Shown here piece by piece: positions 57,591-64,000 of a stretch of DNA of 64,000 bases. Within the stretch, counting starts at the first letter, position 1. Each line of letters starts with the position of its first letter. Position numbers and translations under genes: made by a program. This stretch comes from Flavobacteriales bacterium (GTDB lineage: Bacteria > Bacteroidota > Bacteroidia > Flavobacteriales_D > CAJJDF01). Under the pieces are notes generated by a model, which was not told the origin of the DNA, made no database searches, and was given only the letters and a program-made list of their open reading frames with translations. The stretch spans positions 20,680-84,679 of the forward strand of contig CBFHZD010000004.1 of assembly GCA_965660305.1 (NCBI GenBank), written 5' to 3'.

Positions 57591-58183
57591 TCTATTGTAG
57601 CGCAATCGCAGGGCTCTGTGGTTAACACAAGAGTGTTGGGCAGTAAGGCTTTTATGCGGTCTTGTTCATCCAAAGACATTTCAATCATTCGCAAATCTAA
57701 CCTTTTCAATTGTTTGAGGTTTATAATTTCAGATGAAATGGTTTCTATGCTGTTTCGGTATAAATCTAGCTTCTGCAGGTTTTGCAGTAACGAAATCTCA
57801 TTAGGAACTATGGAAATGCTATTGTTTGCCATTTTTATACTAACAAGTGAAAACACTTTGCACAATTCTTGTGGAAATGAACTGAACCGATTGGATTTAA
57901 GAGAGATTTCCTCTAAAAACTTTAATTGATTGATACCAGAGGGAAGCGAGTCTAGTTTGTTGTAACTTAAATCCAGGGTGGTCAAATTTTTCAACAAGAG
58001 AATTTCATTCGGAAATGATTTCAATCTTTTTCGGCTCAACTTTAGGTGGTAAACATCTTCAGGAGTTTTTAAAGCCTCGCTCAAAGATTTATATACACGG
58101 TGCGACCCCTCTTTTTCGATCCCAATAAATCCAACAAGAACGCAAAAAAGTGTTGTAAAAATTATTGATTTAAATACCTTCAT
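57587..58183 (-). CDS. Leucine-rich repeat protein with N-terminal anchor or signal
   Basis: 198 aa with about five eukaryote-like LRRs (LKNLTTLDLSYNKLDSLPSGI, LKFLEEISLKSNRFSSFPQEL, LQNLQKLDLYRNSIETI...). Confidence 0.8.
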   Translation of the reverse strand: MKVFKSIIFTTLFCVLVGFIGIEKEGSHRVYKSLSEALKTPEDVYHLKLSRKRLKSFPNEILLLKNLTTLDLSYNKLDSLPSGINQLKFLEEISLKSNRFSSFPQELCKVFSLVSIKMANNSISIVPNEISLLQNLQKLDLYRNSIETISSEIINLKQLKRLDLRMIEMSLDEQDRIKALLPNTLVLTTEPCDCATID

Positions 58184-58233
58184 AGGCTTAAATATAGAGG
58201 TTTTCTCTTAAATAAATACCTAAAGCATCAAAA

Positions 58234-58488
58234 ATGGCTAAACTAAAATTGGACTTACACGACATCTATAACAAGGGAGATTTAATAGACCAAGAATTAG
58301 AGAATATTATTGAAGAGGCTATGGAAAAGAAAATAAAGACAGTTGAAATAATTCCAGGAAAGGGCTCAGGTCAATTAAAGAAAAGAGTAATCCGCTTTTT
58401 AGAACAAAAACATATAAAAAATAAATATCATAGGATAGATAAAGACAGCAAGAATCATGGAAGATTATTCGTGTATTTTAAGTTTTAG
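58234..58488 (+). CDS. Stand-alone Smr-domain protein
   Basis: 84 aa with LDLHD... and IIPGKGSGQLKKRV, typical of the Smr fold. Confidence 0.65.
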   Translation: MAKLKLDLHDIYNKGDLIDQELENIIEEAMEKKIKTVEIIPGKGSGQLKKRVIRFLEQKHIKNKYHRIDKDSKNHGRLFVYFKF

Positions 58489-58560
58489 CAAGGGATTGTT
58501 AATTTTCTGCATAATTTTAAATAAATACTTATTTTTGATAAATCATACAACACCAAGAAA

Positions 58561-59373
58561 ATGAAAAAAATTGCACTCCTATTAGTTATACTTATCACCA
58601 GTCATTATATATTGGCTCAGAATAAATTTAGATTTGGATTAAAGCTCGGTCCAGCTGTAAATTGGATGCAGCCAGATGATGTAAAGAAATTTGAGAACGG
58701 AGGAGCCACTTTAGGTTTTAATTGGGGACTTCAAGTAGAATACGCACTGAGCGATAATTTCAGTTTTTATTCTGGTTTGGAACTAAACCAAGAAAGGGGT
58801 AAAATTAATTTTAGACCAGAAGAAAACTCTCCTACAGTTCTTTATTACATGTCAAATGGATATAATTTCAGTAACCTTATGGAGGAAAATGGGATTTATT
58901 CATCAGAAACAGCAGACGCCTACACACTGCATCTGCTTAATAGAACTTACAAGAGTACATATGTTACCCTTCCTATTGGTATCAAAATGAAAAGTAATGA
59001 GATTGGTTATATGACATACTTTGGAGAATTTGGCTTGAATTTGGCTTTCAGAACCGGAACTAGAATTACGGATGAAATTGATTATTTAGGCAACCTGGCT
59101 GCTAAGGCAAACCTGGCCGATATTAGTGATGTGAATATGGATAAAGACATGCAACCTGTAAGAATGCAACTAAGAGTTGGAGGTGGTGCTGAGTACAAAA
59201 TTTCCGAGGGAACCAGTGTTTTTGGTGCGCTTCACTACAATCTGGGGTTTACCAATATTGTTAAAAAAGATTCCGAACTAATGTTGAATCAAACCGCTAC
59301 AGGTGTTTTTAGACCATTGAATCAAAAATTCTCAGCTCACGGTATTCAGCTCACGGTTGGGGTTTTATTTTAA
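58561..59373 (+). CDS. Outer-membrane beta-barrel protein (OMP_b-brl_2 / porin-family type)
   Basis: 270 aa with signal peptide ...HYILAQ, alternating beta-strand pattern, an aromatic C-terminal residue (VGVLF) and an N-terminal FRFGLKLG motif. Confidence 0.55.
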   Translation: MKKIALLLVILITSHYILAQNKFRFGLKLGPAVNWMQPDDVKKFENGGATLGFNWGLQVEYALSDNFSFYSGLELNQERGKINFRPEENSPTVLYYMSNGYNFSNLMEENGIYSSETADAYTLHLLNRTYKSTYVTLPIGIKMKSNEIGYMTYFGEFGLNLAFRTGTRITDEIDYLGNLAAKANLADISDVNMDKDMQPVRMQLRVGGGAEYKISEGTSVFGALHYNLGFTNIVKKDSELMLNQTATGVFRPLNQKFSAHGIQLTVGVLF

Positions 59374-59398
59374 GGATTAGTCCATATTATTATTTACC

Positions 59399-59432
59399 AA
59401 AACACCCAGCTTAACAGTTTCGGGTGTTTTTT
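59399..59432 (+). terminator. Rho-independent terminator after the OMP gene
   Basis: Stem aaaacaccc / gggtgtttt with a 14-nt loop, running into a T-tract (59427..59432). Confidence 0.5.
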
Positions 59433-59443
59433 CATTTCGAGAA

Positions 59444-60217
59444 ATGCAAACAAAAAAAGTAATAGATTATATAGTTGATTGGTTGGATGGGTATGCTGCC
59501 AAGTCTGGTATGAATGGTTTTGTAATGGGTGTTTCAGGAGGGATTGACTCGGCTGTGACCTCTGCTTTGTGCGCCAAAACTAGTAAGAAGCTGGTTTGTT
59601 TGAACTTGCCAATTCATCAAGCTTCCAATCAGTTTGAGCGGAGCAATAATCATATCTCATGGTTAAAAGAAAATTTTGACGAGGTATCCTCAGAAATTGT
59701 TGACCTAACGGCCACATTTGATCAAACCTGCTCTGATTTTCCAAAAGAGATTCAAGATGATTTGACCATGGCAAATGTGAGGTCAAGATTGCGAATGACT
59801 GCGCTATATGCATTTGCTGGACATCACAAATTTTTGGTGGCAGGAACAGGGAATAAAGTAGAAGATTTTGGGGTAGGATTTTATACAAAATACGGAGACG
59901 GAGGAGTGGATCTAAGCCCAATTGCCGACCTAATGAAATCTCAAGTATTTGAAATAGCAAAAGAGCTGGGTGTAATTCAGGAAATACAGGATGCTAAGCC
60001 CACCGATGGATTATGGGGAGATGATCGTTCTGATGAAGATCAAATAGGAGCTTCCTATCCAGAGCTAGAATGGGCCATGGAATTTCAGGGTGACGAATCA
60101 TTGATTTCATCCAGACAAGCTGAGGTGTTGGCAATTTATAGAAAATTAAATAAAGCAAACCAGCATAAAATGAACCCTATTCCAGTTTGTACCATTCCGC
60201 CAGAGTTATTTAAATAA
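59444..60217 (+). CDS. nadE: Ammonia-dependent NAD+ synthetase
   Basis: 257 aa with PP-loop GVSGGIDSAV. Confidence 0.9.
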   Translation: MQTKKVIDYIVDWLDGYAAKSGMNGFVMGVSGGIDSAVTSALCAKTSKKLVCLNLPIHQASNQFERSNNHISWLKENFDEVSSEIVDLTATFDQTCSDFPKEIQDDLTMANVRSRLRMTALYAFAGHHKFLVAGTGNKVEDFGVGFYTKYGDGGVDLSPIADLMKSQVFEIAKELGVIQEIQDAKPTDGLWGDDRSDEDQIGASYPELEWAMEFQGDESLISSRQAEVLAIYRKLNKANQHKMNPIPVCTIPPELFK

Positions 60218-60285
60218 TGTGAAATAGAAACGAATTCTTTTCCAAAACAGATACAAAACCCTATATTTGAGCTGCTTTTAATAAT

Positions 60286-61011
60286 ATGTCAGATAGCCTA
60301 GTAATTATACCAACCTACAATGAGAAGGAGAACATTGAGAAGATGATCCGAACGGTTCATTCACTTCCCAAAGCCTTTCACATACTTATTGTGGATGATG
60401 GTTCACCAGATGGGACTGCTGATATCGTAAAAAAATTACAATCCGAATTTACTGAATCTCTTCATATTGAGGAACGTACTGGGAAATTAGGATTGGGTAC
60501 TGCCTATATTCATGGCTTTAAATGGGGTCTTAAAAAAGGTTACGATTACATCTTTGAAATGGATGCCGATTTTTCTCATCCTGTGGATAAACTGCCAGCC
60601 CTCTATGACGCGTGTGTCAAAGATGGTTATGACTTTAGTATCGGATCGAGGTATGTAAAGGGAGGAGGTGTAAGTAATTGGGATAAATACAGATTGTTTT
60701 TGTCTTATTTTGCATCCATTTATGTGCGAATGATTTTATGGGTGAGGATAAAAGATACCACTGCTGGTTTTATGTGTTACTCCCGAAAAGTGTTAGAAAC
60801 AATTGATTTGGATGCAGTTAAATTCATTGGATACGCGTTTCAAATCGAAATGAAATATACTTCAATAAAATTGGGATTTAAAGGCAAAGAAGTACCTATC
60901 ACATTTAAAGACAGAGAATTGGGTAACTCTAAAATGGACACTTCCATTTTTAAGGAAGCTATATTAGGAGTTATTAAATTACGATTCAAGAAGATTTCGA
61001 AAATGAAATAA
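60286..61011 (+). CDS. GT2 polyprenol-phosphate mannosyltransferase-like glycosyltransferase
   Basis: 241 aa with IIPTYNEKENI, VDDGSPDGT and EMDADFSH. Confidence 0.8.
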   Translation: MSDSLVIIPTYNEKENIEKMIRTVHSLPKAFHILIVDDGSPDGTADIVKKLQSEFTESLHIEERTGKLGLGTAYIHGFKWGLKKGYDYIFEMDADFSHPVDKLPALYDACVKDGYDFSIGSRYVKGGGVSNWDKYRLFLSYFASIYVRMILWVRIKDTTAGFMCYSRKVLETIDLDAVKFIGYAFQIEMKYTSIKLGFKGKEVPITFKDRELGNSKMDTSIFKEAILGVIKLRFKKISKMK

Positions 61012-61075
61012 ACTTCTCTTAGGGTTAGTAATTCACCCTTTCTATGGTTATTTTTACCAAACAAAAAAATAACAC

Positions 61076-62410
61076 ATGGCAACAATCCTTATAAAGAACG
61101 GTAAACTCGTAAATGAGGGAAAGATAGAGAAGAAAGACATTTTAATCATAGGCGATAAGATAAATAGAATTGATGATTCTATTTCGCATGAATCAGCTGA
61201 GATAATTAATGCCGAAGGTAAGTATGTGTTTCCGGGAGCAATCGATGATCAGGTTCATTTTAGAGAGCCAGGTTTGACCCATAAAGCCAATATTAGAACT
61301 GAGTCCAGAGCAGCGGTAGCAGGTGGAATAACCACTTTTATGGAAATGCCAAATACAGTGCCTAATGCGCTAACGCAAGAATTGCTTGAGGATAAATATA
61401 AAATTGCTTCTGAAAGTTCACTGGCAAATTACTCCTTTTTTATGGGAGCTTCAAACGAGAATATTGATGAAGTATTAAAGACAGACCCTAAAACAGTTTG
61501 TGGAGTTAAGGTGTTTATGGGCTCTTCAACTGGAAATATGTTGGTGGATAGTAAAGAAACTTTGACCAATATTTTTTCTAATTGCAAAATGTTAATTGCG
61601 ACTCATTGCGAAGATGAAGCAACAATTAGAAAGAATATGGCATTAGCCAAGGAAAAATACGGAGATGATATTCCTATTGAAATGCACCCAGAAATTCGTA
61701 GCGAAGAAGCTTGTTACCTGTCATCTTCGCTAGCGGTAGAATTGGCAAAAAAATACAATACCAGGTTACACATTCTTCATATTTCCACGGCAAAAGAACT
61801 AAGTCTGTTTAGAAATGATATTCCATTAGAGGAAAAGAGAATAACAGCAGAGGCTTGTATTCATCATTTGTGGTTTCATGAAGAAGATTATAAAACGAAA
61901 GGTGCCAGAATAAAGTGGAACCCTGCAGTGAAGAAAAAATCGGACAGAGATGCCATTTTACAAGCATTGAACAACAATATAATAGATGTGCTTGCCACGG
62001 ATCATGCTCCGCATACCGAAGAAGAAAAAGATGGAGTATATACAAAAGCTTCCTCGGGAGGACCGCTTGTGCAACACGCATTGAATGCTTTGTTTGAGTT
62101 ATATTACCAAGGGAAAATAGAGTTGACTCATATAGCTCAAAAATTCAGTCATGACGTTGCAAGATGTTTTCAAATTGAAAATAGAGGTTATGTCAGAGAA
62201 GGATATTTTGCGGATTTGTTTATAGCGGATTTAGCCAAAAAATATACTGTAAATAAAGAAGATTTATTGTACAAATGCGGTTGGTCTCCTTTCGAAGGGC
62301 AGGAGTTTCATTCTACCATAGATACAACTATTGTGAGTGGAAACATGGTGTGGAACGATGGGAAATTAATTGAAGGTACTAATGGACAAAGACTTTCGTT
62401 TGTAAGGTAA
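61076..62410 (+). CDS. pyrC: Dihydroorotase (amidohydrolase superfamily) with a Q-x-H variant of the first metal motif
   Basis: 444 aa with AIDDQVHFREPG, GVKVFMGSS, ATHCEDE, LHILHIST and LATDHAPHT. Confidence 0.8.
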   Translation: MATILIKNGKLVNEGKIEKKDILIIGDKINRIDDSISHESAEIINAEGKYVFPGAIDDQVHFREPGLTHKANIRTESRAAVAGGITTFMEMPNTVPNALTQELLEDKYKIASESSLANYSFFMGASNENIDEVLKTDPKTVCGVKVFMGSSTGNMLVDSKETLTNIFSNCKMLIATHCEDEATIRKNMALAKEKYGDDIPIEMHPEIRSEEACYLSSSLAVELAKKYNTRLHILHISTAKELSLFRNDIPLEEKRITAEACIHHLWFHEEDYKTKGARIKWNPAVKKKSDRDAILQALNNNIIDVLATDHAPHTEEEKDGVYTKASSGGPLVQHALNALFELYYQGKIELTHIAQKFSHDVARCFQIENRGYVREGYFADLFIADLAKKYTVNKEDLLYKCGWSPFEGQEFHSTIDTTIVSGNMVWNDGKLIEGTNGQRLSFVR

Positions 62411-63018
62411 TGAAAAAGCTAGTTTTCATATTTATAGTTTTTAGTTTGTTCCAATGCGGCACAGAGCAAAACTCTGTCGAAAAACCAAGTAGATTGATGC
62501 CCCAAAAGGAATTTGAAAACTTGGTTTATGACCTGAATGTGCTGGAAGGTAGTATGGCAAATTTTAATTTGGATCGTGAGCTAATGCGGGATACATCCGT
62601 TTCTCTATACCAAGGAGTTTTTAATAAGTATAGCATTGATTATTCGGTTTACAAAGAAAATCAAGAGTATTATATTTTGTCCAACAACATGAAAGAAGTT
62701 TCTGAAAACGTACTGGAAAGAGTGCAAAAAGAAGCCGAGAGGTATAAAGATATTGAGTCTCTTAAAGTGTTGTCTTTTGTTCAGCTCACCCAATTGTTCG
62801 AAAATGATAAACTCATGGATTTTGTAAATAATGACACGACAACTACCTTTCCTGAACGAATGGACTCTTTGTTGAGGTTTTATCGAAATCATCAGTCTAG
62901 TTTACGGAGATTTACCATAGATTCTCTTTCGTTTGAAACCAATATGACTAAACTAAAGAAAGGAAAAGATATTTTCAGGCGGGAATCTGTTTTTTATAAT
63001 AACAAAATCAATGAATAA
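62410..63018 (+). CDS. DUF4296-like lipoprotein
   Basis: 202 aa with lipobox LFQC. As I recall, a DUF4296 gene commonly follows dihydroorotase in Flavobacteriia. The start overlaps the pyrC stop. Confidence 0.5.
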   Translation: MKKLVFIFIVFSLFQCGTEQNSVEKPSRLMPQKEFENLVYDLNVLEGSMANFNLDRELMRDTSVSLYQGVFNKYSIDYSVYKENQEYYILSNNMKEVSENVLERVQKEAERYKDIESLKVLSFVQLTQLFENDKLMDFVNNDTTTTFPERMDSLLRFYRNHQSSLRRFTIDSLSFETNMTKLKKGKDIFRRESVFYNNKINE

Positions 63019-63361
63019 AGTATCGGTATACGGTATCCAAACATTTTCATATCATGGATGTTTGGAAGAAGAAGCAATAATAGGAAACGACTACATAGTA
63101 GATGTAGAGTTGGTTACTGATTTTAAAGAATCAGCAGTAAATGATGACTTGTCTAAAACAATTGATTACGTTATCGTAAATAGAATTGTGGAGGAGGAAA
63201 TGGCTATTCGCTCAAAGCTCATCGAAACGGTAGGGTATAGAGTTCTGAATCGTCTGAAGAAAGAATCATTTGAACTTAAACATGCACGAATTGAAATAAA
63301 AAAAATAAACCCACCTATTAATGGAAACGTGAGTTACGTTTCGATTGTGGTGGAGGAATAA
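63011..63361 (+). CDS. folB: Dihydroneopterin aldolase
   Basis: 116 aa with the FolB-like pattern VYGIQTFSYHGCLEEE...DYIVDVEL...DDLSKTIDY. Confidence 0.8.
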   Translation: MNKVSVYGIQTFSYHGCLEEEAIIGNDYIVDVELVTDFKESAVNDDLSKTIDYVIVNRIVEEEMAIRSKLIETVGYRVLNRLKKESFELKHARIEIKKINPPINGNVSYVSIVVEE

Positions 63362-63513
63362 TTTGTTAAATAATTAGGTTTTCTATATATATAAATATAT
63401 ATTATTGAACTAGTTACTTGAGTTTTTTTATTTAAAGCTTTATTAACTAGGAGAAAAATTTGACTTGAAAACTCCTTTATAACAAGGTAAAGCATATTAT
63501 AAAGTCTAAAAAA

Positions 63514-64000
63514 ATGAAAACTATTAAAACTTCAACTATCTTTCTGTTTGTGCTTTTTACGATTGCAGCCTGCAATAAAGAGGAAATAGAACCAAAAGAT
63601 GTAACGTCCAAAAATTCAAGGATTACCCTAGATAATAACCGAATTAAATTTGATTCTTATCAAGATTACGAGAGTCATATTCATAATTACGAATTAAGTG
63701 AAGAACCTCAAAAATTTATTGCTGATTTTAAGTCAAGATATACACTTACGAAAGCTAGAAGTGGCTCTTCTTTCCCAGACTCCTTAAATGATGAGTTTTT
63801 AGAGTCAATTTTAAATGACAATAGTATTGTGCAGATTGGTGATTACTTGTATAAAGTCAATCTATTTACTGACAAAGTATATGTATTAAATACGGATTAT
63901 GAGTCAGAGATAATAGATTTAGTTTCTGAAAATATTTCTAACACAAACATTAAGGAGTATAGTACCAGTGACCATGTGATTGACTTGGTGGAAGGTCTGG
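63514..64000 (+). CDS. Lipoprotein of unknown function; the 3' end runs off the window
   Basis: My own translation gives MKTIKTSTIFLFVLFTIAACNKEEIEPKD... (lipobox IAAC). The frame is open for 162 codons to the window edge. It is not in the ORF track. Confidence 0.5.
   Translation, partial: MKTIKTSTIFLFVLFTIAACNKEEIEPKDVTSKNSRITLDNNRIKFDSYQDYESHIHNYELSEEPQKFIADFKSRYTLTKARSGSSFPDSLNDEFLESILNDNSIVQIGDYLYKVNLFTDKVYVLNTDYESEIIDLVSENISNTNIKEYSTSDHVIDLVEGL

Noticed and set aside
58561-59373. Calling the OM beta-barrel protein PorT/SprT
   Set aside because: It shares only the generic OMP_b-brl_2-like pattern. The N-terminal region does not match what I remember of PorT/SprT proteins. A profile search is needed.
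63384-63404. TA-rich tract, considered as a microsatellite or repeat element
   Set aside because: It is a short, imperfect, single occurrence, compatible with an ordinary AT-rich promoter spacer.
1-64000. Looked for tRNA/rRNA genes, CRISPR repeats, IS or transposase genes, integrases, toxin-antitoxin pairs and defence-system hallmarks
   Set aside because: I found no T-loop-like GGTTCGAATCC-type motifs, no regularly spaced direct repeats, and no transposase, integrase or nuclease-helicase defence-like ORFs in the six-frame track. The window looks like core chromosome.

Overview
This window is a dense, low-GC chromosomal core region of a Bacteroidota (Flavobacteriia-type) genome. It holds about 62 protein genes on both strands. 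I saw no rRNA, tRNA, CRISPR array, transposase, integrase or phage genes. The lineage call rests on a fused lpxC/fabZ gene, type IX secretion (T9SS)/gliding genes, a T9SS C-terminal sorting domain and Bacteroidota-style promoter motifs.

The centrepiece is an intact T9SS core operon, porP-gldK-gldL-gldM-gldN (17.3-23.5 kb), ending in a strong terminator. A PorX-type response regulator (receiver + PglZ domains) runs off the left edge at 1..1387 on the minus strand, and the supplied ORF track misses it. A T9SS cargo candidate lies at 4715..6100.

The rest is housekeeping:
- Lipid A: lpxK, lpxH and lpxD-lpxC/fabZ-lpxA.
- Information processing: gatB, miaB, topA, recQ, der and tadA.
- Metabolism: cdd, dCMP deaminase, pdhA plus the E2 component, murI, lipB, nadE, pyrC, folB, rfbB and sod.

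I found no convincing wholly new multi-gene system. The less well understood items are:
- An arginase-fold protein with three metal ligands replaced, sitting just upstream of the T9SS operon.
- A secreted 805-aa PIG-L deacetylase, a 45-aa micro-ORF, a sodium:solute symporter and a DUF2911 protein, all co-oriented.
- An ArsS radical-SAM/peroxidase-like pair with no arsM in the window.
- A sensor-less sigma-54 activator tightly coupled to miaB.
- A dihydroorotase with Q-x-H in place of H-x-H.
- A standalone MMPL/RND exporter.

All calls come from reading the translations and sequence by eye. No database search was run.
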